From an uncultured Bacilli bacterium (GTDB lineage Bacteria; Bacillota_I; Bacilli_A; RF39; UBA660), in the NCBI GenBank assembly GCA_944350315.1, contig CALVON010000025.1:1208-65207 (forward strand): a DNA stretch of 64,000 nt, given 5' to 3'. Under the pieces are notes generated by a model. That model ran no database searches and was not told where the DNA came from. It saw only the letters and a program-made list of their open reading frames with translations. The translations under genes were made by a program, and so were the position numbers. Positions 1 through 11,098 of the stretch are shown here, piece after piece (the stretch's first letter is position 1; each line of letters starts with the position of its first letter).

Positions 1-680
1 TCTAGTGTTAATTGTCTTTGGAAACGTGATAATCGATTTATAGTTTCTACCATATGAACTGGAACTCTGATAGTTCTAGCTTGGTCAGCAATGGCTCTTG
101 TTATGGCTTGTCTTATCCACCAGGTAGCATAAGTAGAAAATTTATATCCTTTTCCAGCGTCAAATTTTTCGACTGCTTTCATTAAACCAATATTTCCTTC
201 TTGAATTAAATCTAAAAATAACATTCCTCTTCCAACATATCTTTTAGCAATAGATACAACTAATCGAAGATTAGATTCTGCCAATTTATTCTTAGCATCT
301 TCATCTCCTGCTACTATTCTAGCTGACAATTCCATTTCTTCTTCTAGCGTCAATAAGCTTATTTTCCCGATTTCCTTTAAATACATTCTTACGGGGTCAC
401 TAATTGTTAATTCTTTTGCAAGTGTATCATCTTTTAGTAAATCATCTAAATTTCCGCCACCACTACTATCTTCGCCGTCAGAACCATTTATATCTTCATC
501 TGTTACTACCTGAATATTCGCTTCCATCAAACTATTATATAAATCATCTAGCGAATCACTGTCTAACTCTAATCCTTTTAAAGAAGCTGCTAATTCTTCA
601 TAAGTAATATATCCTTTCTCAGTACCTTTTTTTATTAATTCTTTCTTTCTTTCGTCATAAGTCTTTATTTCTTCGATCAT
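1..680 (-). CDS. rpoD: RNA polymerase primary sigma factor SigA/RpoD (5' part; runs off window)
   Basis: Not in the ORF track; manual translation [19 protein letters not shown]...[12 protein letters not shown]...[12 protein letters not shown]...[37 protein letters not shown]; ATG overlaps dnaG stop (ATGA). Confidence 0.97.
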   Translation of the reverse strand, partial: MIEEIKTYDERKKELIKKGTEKGYITYEELAASLKGLELDSDSLDDLYNSLMEANIQVVTDEDINGSDGEDSSGGGNLDDLLKDDTLAKELTISDPVRMYLKEIGKISLLTLEEEMELSARIVAGDEDAKNKLAESNLRLVVSIAKRYVGRGMLFLDLIQEGNIGLMKAVEKFDAGKGYKFSTYATWWIRQAITRAIADQARTIRVPVHMVETINRLSRFQRQLTL

Positions 681-2398
681 TGTGTCACTCCCTTTAATAT
701 TAACATTTCATTTAAAATTTTTGCTTGTTTCATAGGATCTTTTTCTTCTTTAATTTGTTTTTCTAATTCATTTATTTTTCTCTTTATTGGATAGTCATTA
801 ATCACTTTAATATAATCTTCTATTTCTTCATTTGTATACTTTTCTTTAATTCTAGCATTCATAATTTCATTAAATAAATTTAACAATTTTTCGTTATTTG
901 ATAAGTAACTTATAAAATCGGCAATATTTATTGAATTATATTTATGATAGTAAGATATTATTTCATTTGATAATGCGCGATATTCTTCATTTGGAAAAAA
1001 GGTAATTTTTTTCTCAACTAATTTTATTATCTTTTCATCTTTTAACATATAATAAACAATATTTTGAGTAGCTTTATCGTACTGATTTAATCTAACTACC
1101 TTTTTTATGTTATTTTCAGATATCTTGCTGTTTATCTTTTCTTTTGCTTTAATATATTTATTTTTTAAGATATCATACCCTATTTTAAATTCATTAGATA
1201 ATTTATTTATGGTTAATTCCACTAAAATATCATCATTTTCCTTTGATAATTCTAAAATGCTTTCATCTATATACTTGGAAACATCTTGTAGGTCACTAAA
1301 ATTTTTATTGTTTCTGTGGATTCGCATTAGATAGTCAATGGTATTTTCTGGATACGATATTTTAGACTTAAATTTATCAACACCATATTTTAATATATAT
1401 TCATCTGGATCTAAATTTTCTTCTAATCTAATTATTTTGGGATTTACATTTATTTCTTTAAAAATATTTATAGCATTGATAGTAGCTTCTTCTCCAGCAG
1501 CATCGCCATCAAAACATAAAATAATATTTTGGGCCATTTTTTTTAATAAATTTGCATTTTGCTTTGTTAGTGCTGTTCCCATGGTAGCAACGCAATTTGT
1601 GATGCCAATAGTATTGGCTCTAATTACGTCCATAAAACCCTCCATGACAATTATTGTATCATTTTTCTTAAGATGCTCATTAGCATTATGGTAGTTATAT
1701 AAAATATTTCCTTTTTTAAAGAGTATAGTTTCTTTAGTATTTATATATTTACTAGCGTCTTTAGTATTATATATTCTTCCTGAAAAGCCAATGATATTTC
1801 CTTCTAAATCATGTAATGGGAAAATTATTCTGTTAATAAATATATCTGTTCCATTTTCAGAGCTTATTCCTAAATCAATTAATTCTTTAAGAGTTATCTT
1901 TTTAGTTAATAAGTAATCCGTTAATGATGTTTTAGGAATAGATAATCCTATTTGAAATTTCTTTATAGTCTCTTTATCTATCTTTCTTTTTTCTAAGTAT
2001 TCTCTTGCATTTTTCCCTAAATTTGTATTTAGGTTATTTTGATAAAATTTGCATGATAAATTATAAATATTATAATACTTTTCATTTTTATTATCATTTT
2101 TCTTGATTGTTCCCAAATTGTACCCTACTTTATTTCCCAGTAGACGAACCGCCTCATAAAAATTGATGTGTTCGTAATCGGATACAAAGGTAAATACATT
2201 TCCAGTAGCGCCACAAGAAAAGCAGGTAAAGATTTGTTTTTCTCGTGATACACTCATACTTGGTGAGTGATCATCATGAAATGGGCACACTCCAAAATAA
2301 TTTTTTCCACGTTGTGTTAAAGGAATATAGTTTGATATAACATCAACAATATCTAGTTTATTTCTGATTTCATTTACAACTTCGTTTGTTATATTCAT
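677..2398 (-). CDS. dnaG: DNA primase
   Basis: CPFHDD...CFSC zinc finger, EGFMDV and FDGDAAG TOPRIM motifs; start moved to ATG 2398 behind GGAGG. Confidence 0.97.
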   Translation of the reverse strand: MNITNEVVNEIRNKLDIVDVISNYIPLTQRGKNYFGVCPFHDDHSPSMSVSREKQIFTCFSCGATGNVFTFVSDYEHINFYEAVRLLGNKVGYNLGTIKKNDNKNEKYYNIYNLSCKFYQNNLNTNLGKNAREYLEKRKIDKETIKKFQIGLSIPKTSLTDYLLTKKITLKELIDLGISSENGTDIFINRIIFPLHDLEGNIIGFSGRIYNTKDASKYINTKETILFKKGNILYNYHNANEHLKKNDTIIVMEGFMDVIRANTIGITNCVATMGTALTKQNANLLKKMAQNIILCFDGDAAGEEATINAINIFKEINVNPKIIRLEENLDPDEYILKYGVDKFKSKISYPENTIDYLMRIHRNNKNFSDLQDVSKYIDESILELSKENDDILVELTINKLSNEFKIGYDILKNKYIKAKEKINSKISENNIKKVVRLNQYDKATQNIVYYMLKDEKIIKLVEKKITFFPNEEYRALSNEIISYYHKYNSINIADFISYLSNNEKLLNLFNEIMNARIKEKYTNEEIEDYIKVINDYPIKRKINELEKQIKEEKDPMKQAKILNEMLILKGVTQ

Positions 2399-2500
2399 TT
2401 TTTCCTCCACATTAATGATATTCTTAAAAAATTTGCAAATTACTTTTATTTTTATTAACTTTTTGTTAATTTGACACAAATTTTACACATGATGTTAATT

Positions 2501-3523
2501 TTATTTGATAAACATTGAGTCTCCGAAAGAGAAAAAACGATACTTTTTCTTGACTGCTTCTGAATAGGCAGTTAATATTTTTTCTCTTCCTGCTAATGCA
2601 CTTACTAGCATTATTAATGTAGATTTAGGTAAATGAAAATTAGTAATTAGTGAATCTATTGCTTTAAATTCATAGCCTGGATAAATGAAGATGTCTGTCC
2701 AGCCATGACAAGCTTTAAATTCTCCATATAAATTTACAATACTTTCAAGTGTCCTTGTACTTGTTGTCCCAACACTTATTATTCTTTTTTGCTTACTCTT
2801 TGCTTCATTTAAAACTCTAGCAGTTTCTTCACTCATTTCATAGTATTCACTATGCATTTTATGATTTTCAATGTTATCCACATTTACTGGTCTAAATGTT
2901 CCAAGTCCTACATGTAATGTTATATATTCAATTAAAACACCTTTCTCTTGGATTTTTTCTAATAATTCTTTCGTGAAATGGAGCCCAGCGGTTGGGGCAG
3001 CCGCACTACCAATATTTTTAGCATATACAGTTTGATAACGATCTTTTTCTTTTAATTTTTCATGAATATATGGTGGTAATGGCATTTCTCCTAATTCATC
3101 TAATATTTCATAAAAGATTCCTTTATAGAAAAATTTTAGTTTTCTAATACCATCTTCTCCTATTTCAAGACATTGAGCTGTCAATTTATCACTAAATTTA
3201 ATAATAGTTCCTTTTTTTACTCTTTTTGCTGGTCTTGTGAGGCATGTCCAGATATCGGCTTGTTCTTCTTTTAACATTAATACTTCTATAACTGCATTAG
3301 TGTCTATCTTTGTACCAAATAATCTAGCAGGCATCACTTTAGTATCATTTAAAACCAAGACATCTCCTTCATTTAAATAATCAACAATGTCGCTAAAATG
3401 TTTGTGCTCAATTTCTCCGGTTTCTTTATCCAATACTAATAACCTCGATGCATCTCTTTTTTCTAGTGGTGTTTGGGCAATTAGTTCTTCTGGTAAATAA
3501 TAGTCAAATTCTTCCGTTCTCAC
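2501..3523 (-). CDS. queA: S-adenosylmethionine:tRNA ribosyltransferase-isomerase
   Basis: [42 protein letters not shown]; GTG start behind GGAGG. Confidence 0.97.
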   Translation of the reverse strand: MRTEEFDYYLPEELIAQTPLEKRDASRLLVLDKETGEIEHKHFSDIVDYLNEGDVLVLNDTKVMPARLFGTKIDTNAVIEVLMLKEEQADIWTCLTRPAKRVKKGTIIKFSDKLTAQCLEIGEDGIRKLKFFYKGIFYEILDELGEMPLPPYIHEKLKEKDRYQTVYAKNIGSAAAPTAGLHFTKELLEKIQEKGVLIEYITLHVGLGTFRPVNVDNIENHKMHSEYYEMSEETARVLNEAKSKQKRIISVGTTSTRTLESIVNLYGEFKACHGWTDIFIYPGYEFKAIDSLITNFHLPKSTLIMLVSALAGREKILTAYSEAVKKKYRFFSFGDSMFIK

Positions 3524-3659
3524 ACTTATCCCTCCCAAATCGGACTATATTATATCACATTTTTCACATTTTGTTTATTATTTAATGTAATTTTTGTCTT
3601 TTTATGTCTTAATATTAATTTAAATTATATAAAAAAAATTAATGGCGTTAGCATTAATT

Positions 3660-4313
3660 TTAATTATTAGTCGAGTCACCATTGCCTTTTATTGAATAAA
3701 CTTCTCCTAAATATTTTGAAGAAGGGTGCCCTATACTTTTGAAAAAATCTTTTATTCTTGCTAAAAATTCACGAATATCTCGGTTTGATTGATTTGGATA
3801 TTTTATATCGTCTGTAGCTACTCCATAAGATTCTATCCCTAGCATATTTGCTATATATAAAGATCTATATAAATGATATTTTTGAGTTACAATAACAATT
3901 TTTTCAGTCTTAAAAATTTCTTTTGCGCGATATATACTATCATATGAAGATATTCCATAATGATCCATAAAAATATCTTCTGAAGGTATTCCATTTTCTA
4001 TTAAATAATTTTTCATAACGTTTACTTCATCATAGTCTTCTTGAGTATGATCGCCACTTACTAAAATTTTTTTTGAAATACCACTATTATATAGTTTAAT
4101 ACCAGTTATTAGACGATCTTCTAACATGGCACTAGGTTTTTTATTTTGAATACTTGCTCCTAGAATTAAAATACAGTCAATATCATCTTGTGGGACTTTT
4201 TCTAGTGGTAATATTTTATTTTTAGTACTAAAAATCATATATGCATTAATTAAGCATAGTGATACTGCTAATAACAATGTCATCTTTATTATTATCTTTA
4301 TTAATTTTTTCAT
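3660..4313 (-). CDS. SanA/YdcF (DUF218) family membrane protein
   Basis: ILILGA...MLEDRL, ILVSGD...YDEVNVMK, VTQKYHLYRSLY. Confidence 0.85.
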   Translation of the reverse strand: MKKLIKIIIKMTLLLAVSLCLINAYMIFSTKNKILPLEKVPQDDIDCILILGASIQNKKPSAMLEDRLITGIKLYNSGISKKILVSGDHTQEDYDEVNVMKNYLIENGIPSEDIFMDHYGISSYDSIYRAKEIFKTEKIVIVTQKYHLYRSLYIANMLGIESYGVATDDIKYPNQSNRDIREFLARIKDFFKSIGHPSSKYLGEVYSIKGNGDSTNN

Positions 4314-4428
4314 AGCTACCTCATATTAAGTATAACATTAAATAGAAAAAAACACAAATCCTTGTGCCTTTTCTATCACATATAGTGACACTTAATTATA
4401 TTATTTATTTATTATATTTATGACAAAA

Positions 4429-5562
4429 TTATCTTGGTATTTTTAAAATTTGATTAATACTTAAATTATTGGTTGTAAGATTATTTAATTTCTTTATTTC
4501 ATCAACGGTTACATTATATTTGTTAGCGATTGAATATAGGGTATCGCCTTTTACTACTGTATAGGTTATTATAGCTTCAGATTCTCCATTAGCAGGAATA
4601 TTTAATTTCATTCCAATACTTAAATTATTAGTTGATAAATTATTTAGTTTTTTAATTTCATCAACGGTTACGTTATATTTGTTAGCTATTGAATATAAGG
4701 TATCGCCTTTTACCACTGTATAAGCAATTACATCTTGGAGTTCTTCTTTGATTGGAATATTTAATTTCATTCCTATACTTAAATTATTAGATGTGAGATT
4801 ATTTAACTTCTTTATTTCATCAATGGTTACATTATATTTGTTAGCTATTGAATATAGGGTATCTCCTTTTACCACTGTATATGATATTTCTTTTTCTAAA
4901 TCTTCAGATTCTTCTTTGATTGGAATACTTAATTTCATGCCGATACTTAAATTATTGGTTGAAATATTATTTAACTTTTTGATTTCATCAACAGTTACAT
5001 TATATTTACTAGCAATTGAATATAAGGTATCTCCTTTTTTAACAGTATATATATTGGTAGGATTTATGTATGATGCAATACTGTCTACAATTATATCAAT
5101 AGCTTTTTCATAATCTGTAGCATCTAGATATTCAATAATAATTGTTTCATTGGGATTGGTATTTCTTATAACACTATAATAGTCTAACATTGTTGCAGTT
5201 GGTAATCTTCTTTGATAATAATTATCAACAGTAATATCTTGGGCTTCTAAATTATTACTTATTAAACTAGCTAATTTATCACTATTTCTTAATGGATATA
5301 TTATATTAAATTCGCCATCTTCAGATATCCTATTTTGAATAATTATATCATTATTGTTTTTTATTTCATTAATAATACTATTTCTCTCATCATCGGTTAA
5401 AGAAACATCATTTGTTCTTATTAGCTCAGTTTCAATTCCTTTTTTTGAGAAAGAATCTTTCATATAGTTAGAAATATTTAATAAAATATTTTTTTCATAT
5501 TGACCATTAATATTTTTTCCAGTATCATTACCTCCGCGGTATGGGTCAATAATAATTTTCAT
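4429..5562 (-). CDS. Amidase_3-like domain (degenerate) plus four LysM domains
   Basis: N-terminal IIIDPYRGGNDTG...EKN; four YTV(K/V)KGDTLYSIA.KYNVT.DEIKKLNN repeats. Confidence 0.88.
   Translation of the reverse strand: MKIIIDPYRGGNDTGKNINGQYEKNILLNISNYMKDSFSKKGIETELIRTNDVSLTDDERNSIINEIKNNNDIIIQNRISEDGEFNIIYPLRNSDKLASLISNNLEAQDITVDNYYQRRLPTATMLDYYSVIRNTNPNETIIIEYLDATDYEKAIDIIVDSIASYINPTNIYTVKKGDTLYSIASKYNVTVDEIKKLNNISTNNLSIGMKLSIPIKEESEDLEKEISYTVVKGDTLYSIANKYNVTIDEIKKLNNLTSNNLSIGMKLNIPIKEELQDVIAYTVVKGDTLYSIANKYNVTVDEIKKLNNLSTNNLSIGMKLNIPANGESEAIITYTVVKGDTLYSIANKYNVTVDEIKKLNNLTTNNLSINQILKIPR
4435..5050 (-). repeat. Four near-identical LysM-encoding repeats (about 155-170 bp period)
   Basis: Recurrent gaatata(g/a)ggtatc(g/t)cctttt and ttcatcaa blocks near 4530, 4690, 4850, 5020. 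Confidence 0.9.
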
Positions 5563-5621
5563 AATACATCACCTAGTTAATTATATTTTTATATTAATAA
5601 AAAATAACTTTTAATATAAAA

Positions 5622-5641
5622 GAGGCTTAATAGTAAGCCTC
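5622..5641 (-). terminator. Intrinsic terminator after the TasA-like pair
   Basis: GAGGCTTA-4nt-TAAGCCTC stem followed by T-tract on minus strand. Confidence 0.6.
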
Positions 5642-5650
5642 ATATTTATT

Positions 5651-6214
5651 TTAACTAACTGTTGTTCCAGTAAAGTTCTCTGTTTTGGCACCAATATATC
5701 CGACAAATTCAGAATTAAGAACACTATTGTCTACCATATTTCCATCTATCCATAAGTAAATAGTAAAACTGGTATTTTCTTCAGTTAAAGGATAATTTTC
5801 AACGACATTAACTATGCTATTATCAGTGTCATTGATATTTAAAAAGTTTCCTTTATTGGTGTATACTTGATCATTATTTTGTATTCCTACAACTTCCCAA
5901 ATAAATCCTTCAATGGCTAAATTAGGAGTTATTTTTTCTACATCAATATATATTGTTCCTGCGGCTAAGGCACTATTCTCAGCCATTTTTATATTTACTG
6001 TCGTACTAAGTCCATCTTCTTTTTGTTTACCAATTTTTAATGGGCCATTAATAGTTGTTCCTCCAGTATAAATAACTTCAAATTTCTTAGATTCAGAATT
6101 GACAGAGTTCTCATTACCACTTGAACTTGATGCTAAATAAGAGAATGTTGCTCCAACAATGATTGCTGATAGTAATAAAACGGCTAATATATAACATATA
6201 ATTTTTTTCAACAT
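5651..6214 (-). CDS. TasA/camelysin-like protein with SipW-type signal peptide
   Basis: Signal ends GATFSYL; C-terminal FTIYLWIDG...NSEFVGYI strand pair. Confidence 0.7.
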   Translation of the reverse strand: MLKKIICYILAVLLLSAIIVGATFSYLASSSSGNENSVNSESKKFEVIYTGGTTINGPLKIGKQKEDGLSTTVNIKMAENSALAAGTIYIDVEKITPNLAIEGFIWEVVGIQNNDQVYTNKGNFLNINDTDNSIVNVVENYPLTEENTSFTIYLWIDGNMVDNSVLNSEFVGYIGAKTENFTGTTVS

Positions 6215-6229
6215 TTTATTACCTTCTTT

Positions 6230-6799
6230 CTACTTTTTTACAGCGCTATTAACATTTATTTTGCCACTAAAATTCTTATTCATCAAATTATTTTGATTTG
6301 TGTTATCTTCACTTAACCAAATATATAATTCATAATTATATGTTTTAGGATAAGAGTCAGGGGTAATTATTGTCATAGGTAGTAGTTTTAATGTCGTATC
6401 ATTTCCAATATTGCTAAAGTCCCCACTAGCAACAGTGATGTCATCTTGTAGTAATTCATATTTATAATTTTTTATTTTAAGTTTTGGATCTATAGCAATA
6501 TTTATTAGTGATATTTCTATTCCAACTTCATATTGTTTTAAATTTTCATTGACAGTAATTGTAAAACTATTTTTATTTGCATAATTATATCTATCTTCAT
6601 CATAAATAGGCATATTTTGACTTGCTTTAATATATTCTGTTTGCGAAAAAATTACCGTTGGTACTTCTTTAATAGTATTTCCAGATACATTAGTTTGTGC
6701 ATCCTTATAAGCATACCAACTATAAGTAGCCCCAAATGTAAGGATAACTATTGTGACAATAGTGAACGTAAGTATAATTATCATTTTTTTAAATTCCAC
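6230..6799 (-). CDS. TasA/camelysin-like protein with SipW-type signal peptide
   Basis: Signal ends GATYSWY; C-terminal YELYIWLSE...QNNLMNKNFSGKINV. Confidence 0.72.
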   Translation of the reverse strand: MEFKKMIIILTFTIVTIVILTFGATYSWYAYKDAQTNVSGNTIKEVPTVIFSQTEYIKASQNMPIYDEDRYNYANKNSFTITVNENLKQYEVGIEISLINIAIDPKLKIKNYKYELLQDDITVASGDFSNIGNDTTLKLLPMTIITPDSYPKTYNYELYIWLSEDNTNQNNLMNKNFSGKINVNSAVKK

Positions 6800-6892
6800 T
6801 TTATCACCCTCACTCTACTATTTACTATATAATGATACCATAATTTAAAAATAATATCAATGTTATCTTTTTATTTTATAAAAAAGAACTCT

Positions 6893-7885
6893 TTATAACT
6901 TACTTAGAGTTCTTACCATTTGATATGAATAGCCCATTTCATTATCATACCAGGCAACAATGTGGACTAGCTGTTTTCCATCTACTTCAATTATATTAGT
7001 TAAATTACCATCGACAGTGGCTCCATAGGTTGAAGATATTATATCAGATGATACTATTGGATCATCTGTGTAATTTATAGTTTCATTCATGTTATTTTTA
7101 AAAGTTTCGTTAATTTTTTCTTTGGTTACATTTTCTTTTAATTCGACAACTAAATCAACTAGTGAACCATCTGATACTGGTACTCGTATTGCTGAGCCTA
7201 GTATTTTGCCATCTAAATTAGGTAATACTTTGCCAATTGCTTTAGCGGCTCCAGTTGATGTTGGGACTATGTTCATTGCACAAGCTCTACCACGTCTTTC
7301 ATAAATTCCTTTTTTGTGGGCTACATCAAGGGTCACTTGATCGTTTGTATATGCATGGATAGTTGTCATATTGCCCTTTACTATTTTAAAATTATCGTCT
7401 AATACTTTTAATACTGGTGCTAGACAATTGGTCGTACAAGAAGCAGCTGAAACAATAATGTCATCTTCAGTTAAAATATCATCATTAACGTTATATACAA
7501 CTGTTTTCATATCCCCTTTTCCAGGTGCTGATATTAATACTTTTTTTGCTCCTGAATTAATGTGAAGCATAGCTTTTTCTTTACTTGTAAATTTTCCAGT
7601 ACATTCTAATACTACATCAATGGCTAATTCTTTCCATGGCAAGTTTGATGGATCTAGCTCGCTAAAAACCCTCACTTTATGATTATCAACATAAATAAAA
7701 GCATCATCATAAGTTACATTTTTATCATACCTTCCATGATTTGTGTCATATTTAAGTAAATATGATAATTCTTCTGGTGTCGATAAGTCATTGATTGCTA
7801 CTACTTCCATGTCATCTAATTGTTCAATAATTCTAAACACTAATCTTCCTATTCTTCCAAAACCATTAATTGCTATTTTTTTCAT
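6893..7885 (-). CDS. gap: Glyceraldehyde-3-phosphate dehydrogenase type I
   Basis: INGFGRIGR, ASCTTNCLAP, WYDNEMGYS. Confidence 0.98.
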   Translation of the reverse strand: MKKIAINGFGRIGRLVFRIIEQLDDMEVVAINDLSTPEELSYLLKYDTNHGRYDKNVTYDDAFIYVDNHKVRVFSELDPSNLPWKELAIDVVLECTGKFTSKEKAMLHINSGAKKVLISAPGKGDMKTVVYNVNDDILTEDDIIVSAASCTTNCLAPVLKVLDDNFKIVKGNMTTIHAYTNDQVTLDVAHKKGIYERRGRACAMNIVPTSTGAAKAIGKVLPNLDGKILGSAIRVPVSDGSLVDLVVELKENVTKEKINETFKNNMNETINYTDDPIVSSDIISSTYGATVDGNLTNIIEVDGKQLVHIVAWYDNEMGYSYQMVRTLSKL

Positions 7886-7898
7886 AATTACCTCATTT

Positions 7899-8375
7899 CT
7901 ATTTTATTAAGATTTCCCCATTTTGGGCTAAATCTTTAATTTCTCCTTTTTCAAATCCTACTAGAGCTCCTACTAATATGTCAATTTGTGTATCACTATT
8001 GTTAACTATTTTTAAAGAGATACTTCTTGTCTGATTTGGTTTAATAATATTTTCTAATAAATCAAGTGAATCTTCTGATAAACTTACTATTAAACCATCA
8101 ACTTGGGTATTTGGTTCTATCATGTAATAATACATACCATATTTTACTGTTTGTGAATAAGTATTTGTTAGAACTATATCAACATATTTTTCTTCGTTTG
8201 GATTTATAATTATTTCTTTATTTGATTTTTCTTTTAATTGATATATAAAATTATAATTGGCTTCGGACTCTTCTAAAGTTGTATCTTCTTGATTATAAGC
8301 AAATGTTGTATATAGTGTTATTGAGCTTAATACAAGAAAAAATAATAAAATAATAATTATTGTTCTTTTTTTCAT
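7899..8375 (-). CDS. Secreted protein with SipW-like signal peptide end (TTFAY)
   Basis: KKR + hydrophobic core + YTTFAYN; beta-rich body; immediately downstream of prepilin peptidase. Confidence 0.5.
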   Translation of the reverse strand: MKKRTIIIILLFFLVLSSITLYTTFAYNQEDTTLEESEANYNFIYQLKEKSNKEIIINPNEEKYVDIVLTNTYSQTVKYGMYYYMIEPNTQVDGLIVSLSEDSLDLLENIIKPNQTRSISLKIVNNSDTQIDILVGALVGFEKGEIKDLAQNGEILIK

Positions 8376-8418
8376 AATACCTCCTTCTTATTTTTAACAA
8401 TTAAAATCTTTTTATGTT

Positions 8419-9183
8419 TTAATTAATCAAAAAGTTAATAATATCTGAAAAATTTAATCCCCATATATATAAAATTATTCCGGCCATGCTCAAGAAAGGT
8501 CCAAAGGGTATTATATTATCTTTTTTAAATATTAGTAAAAATAGAGCAATTGGAAAAGCAATAAATGTTGCAAAGAAAATATTACATATGGACATTGGAT
8601 ATCCTATTACTAATCCTACTAAAAACATTAGTTTTATATCTCCTCCGCCAAGAGACTCTTGTTTAAACATGATATCACCAATTTTTTTTATCAATATCAT
8701 AGTTATAAATGAGCCTAATCCAGATGCAACTTTAAAAGCTGTTTCATATAGGCCAATATCTATTATGTCAACAACAATGATAGAAAATATAGCAATAATT
8801 AATACTTCATCTAAAATTATCATATATTCAATATCACTTATAATAATTATTATTAGACTAGAGACAAAGATGAGAGCTACTATCAACTGAAGTGAATAAC
8901 CAAATACATGGTAACAGACGGCAAATAATATACCCGTACATATCTCCATTAAAATATAACTAATTGGCATTTTTGCTTTACACTTTCGACATTTACCACC
9001 TTGTATTAAGTAAGATATAATAGGTATTAGTTCATACCATTTTAAATAGTGATTACAATTTTCACAATGTGATGGTGGGCTAATAATCGATTTTCCTTTG
9101 GATAATCTCGAAGCTATCACGTGATAAAACGAGCCCATAACACTACCGAATACGAAAAAAATAGTTAAGTATAAGTATTCCAT
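8419..9183 (-). CDS. Prepilin peptidase (A24; PilD/ComC)
   Basis: SHCENC...ELIPIISY...GKCRKC, ISDIEY, LGGGDIKL, IPFGPFL. Confidence 0.95.
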   Translation of the reverse strand: MEYLYLTIFFVFGSVMGSFYHVIASRLSKGKSIISPPSHCENCNHYLKWYELIPIISYLIQGGKCRKCKAKMPISYILMEICTGILFAVCYHVFGYSLQLIVALIFVSSLIIIIISDIEYMIILDEVLIIAIFSIIVVDIIDIGLYETAFKVASGLGSFITMILIKKIGDIMFKQESLGGGDIKLMFLVGLVIGYPMSICNIFFATFIAFPIALFLLIFKKDNIIPFGPFLSMAGIILYIWGLNFSDIINFLIN

Positions 9184-9195
9184 ATAAAACTCCCC

Positions 9196-10533
9196 TTATA
9201 TAATTGTGCTATATATATCAAACATAGGTACTACAACAGCTAATAAGATAATTCCTACAATAACTGCTAACATGATTATCATGACAGGTTCTATTAAACT
9301 TTTAAGTCTAGATATAATATTAGTTTGTTCTTCTTGATAATATGCGGCAACATGTTCCATCATTTCACCTAGTTTACCAGTTTTTTCACCAGTTACTAAC
9401 ATTTCATAGGCAGTTTCTGGAAATGCCCAATGATTTTTAAAAGCGACAGACACGCCATTTCCTTTACTTAAATTATTAATTGAGTCATTAATTATTTTTT
9501 TATAAATTTCATTTTCAGTAATTCTACTTAAAATATCCATACTATCAGTTATAAAGACATCATGCTTAATCAAAGTAGAAAAGGTACTGGTAAATATTAC
9601 TAATTGATTATATTTAATAATATCCTTAACAACAGGAATATGCATAACAATATATTGAAGATAATATTTGAATTTTTTAGATGTTTTATAAAAGGTTGTA
9701 ATTGATAAAACAATAATTAAAATTATTCCTAAAATAAAATACCAATAATTAGTTACAAACTCACTCATATTCATAATACTAATAGTTATTTGTGGTAAAT
9801 TTGAGCCTGTTGTTTCATACATTGATGTAAATGATGGAACAACATATGTTATAACAAAGGTTAAAACAGCTACTGCAAAAATCATTAAAACAGAAGGATA
9901 TGTCATAGCATTGATAATTTGCTTACGATTACTATCTTGTCTTTTATAGTAAGCGGCCATATCATCAAGAACCTCAGTTAAGTCTCCGGTCATTTCTGAT
10001 GTCTTTAACATATTAATTAACATTTTAGGAAAAACTTTTCCTTGCTTTTCTAGGCATTGACTAAAAGATAGTCCTCTATTTAGATTAAAGACAATTCTTC
10101 TATATAGCATTTGTACACTTCTTTTTTTACTTTGATGGCTTAATATTTCCATTGAATCAAGAAGTGGTATACCTGATTTTACATAAGTAGATAATTGAGT
10201 TAAAAAGAATGTTAAATCTTTAGAACTCATTTTTCTAGTAGATGATAAATTTGCTAGGCCTAAACTAGTAGATAGTTTATCTTCTTCAATAGAAATAATT
10301 TCATACCCTTTATTTAAAAGAAAAGACTCTACGCTAACTTTGTTTTCAGCATCAAAGTAGCTTTCAATTATTTTCCCATCAGATTGTCTCACTTTGTATT
10401 TATATCTTTTTAGTTTATTGCTTGTATCATTGGTGGTTTTATCATTTAAATTGTTATTTAATTGATTAACAGGATTAATTAGTTTAGTATTATTTCCATT
10501 ATTGTACATATTAGGATTTTGACTATTATTCAC
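9196..10533 (-). CDS. Type IV pilus/T2SS F-family platform protein (PilC-like)
   Basis: FLTQLSTYVKSGIPL, AMTYPS, GEKTGKL, LIEPVMI...VPMFDIY. Confidence 0.93.
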   Translation of the reverse strand: MNNSQNPNMYNNGNNTKLINPVNQLNNNLNDKTTNDTSNKLKRYKYKVRQSDGKIIESYFDAENKVSVESFLLNKGYEIISIEEDKLSTSLGLANLSSTRKMSSKDLTFFLTQLSTYVKSGIPLLDSMEILSHQSKKRSVQMLYRRIVFNLNRGLSFSQCLEKQGKVFPKMLINMLKTSEMTGDLTEVLDDMAAYYKRQDSNRKQIINAMTYPSVLMIFAVAVLTFVITYVVPSFTSMYETTGSNLPQITISIMNMSEFVTNYWYFILGIILIIVLSITTFYKTSKKFKYYLQYIVMHIPVVKDIIKYNQLVIFTSTFSTLIKHDVFITDSMDILSRITENEIYKKIINDSINNLSKGNGVSVAFKNHWAFPETAYEMLVTGEKTGKLGEMMEHVAAYYQEEQTNIISRLKSLIEPVMIIMLAVIVGIILLAVVVPMFDIYSTII

Positions 10534-10644
10534 AATTTCACCACCTTTTACTTTTTACTTATATTATAATTGTATCACAAATATTATTTTTTTTAAAACT
10601 TTTTTTATATTTTTACATATATTAGTATAGGAAGGGATATTAAT

Positions 10645-11064
10645 ATGAATCCACAAAGATTTTTTATACCAAATATGTATAATATGAGAATGCCTGCTGC
10701 TTCAATGATGAGAATGGGAAGTACGGGATCTAGAGGAATTGGTTTATTTAATAGACTGGGAATTAATTTTAAAAATTTTAGTTTTAGTGGGTTACTTAGT
10801 GGTGCTAATAAAACTTTAAACGTTGTCAATCAAACAATTCCACTTGTTAGACAAGCAAAACCGATGGTAAACAATGTAAGATCAATGTTAAAACTAGCAA
10901 GAGCATTTGGAAATGAGACTATTTCTAAAAATAATGCTAATAATATAGAAAATAATAAAATGAGTAATAATATAAATATTACAAACACCAATAGTAATGG
11001 TAAAGAGATAATTGATAATAATGTGAATAATTATTATGATAATTATCCTAATTTCTTTATATAA
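10645..11064 (+). CDS. VrrA/YqfQ-like sporulation-associated protein
   Basis: GLLSGANKTLNVVNQTIPLVRQAKPMVNNVRSMLKL core, Asn-rich tail. Confidence 0.65.
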   Translation: MNPQRFFIPNMYNMRMPAASMMRMGSTGSRGIGLFNRLGINFKNFSFSGLLSGANKTLNVVNQTIPLVRQAKPMVNNVRSMLKLARAFGNETISKNNANNIENNKMSNNINITNTNSNGKEIIDNNVNNYYDNYPNFFI

Positions 11065-11098
11065 AAAGGACTTTATGTTTTTAAATAAAGTCCTTTTT
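11063..11098. terminator. Bidirectional intrinsic terminator
   Basis: AAAAAGGACTTTAT...ATAAAGTCCTTTTT between convergent genes. Confidence 0.75.

Noticed and set aside
404-1694. Plus-strand ORFs antisense to rpoD/dnaG (and similar antisense ORFs throughout)
   Set aside because: Shadow ORFs opposite well-supported genes
3540-3660. PreQ1 riboswitch upstream of queA
   Set aside because: No preQ1 stem-loop/A-tract consensus recognisable; only promoter-like AT-rich sequence
4435-5050. Regularly spaced repeats resembling a CRISPR array
   Set aside because: They are in-frame LysM domain repeats; no unique spacers or cas genes
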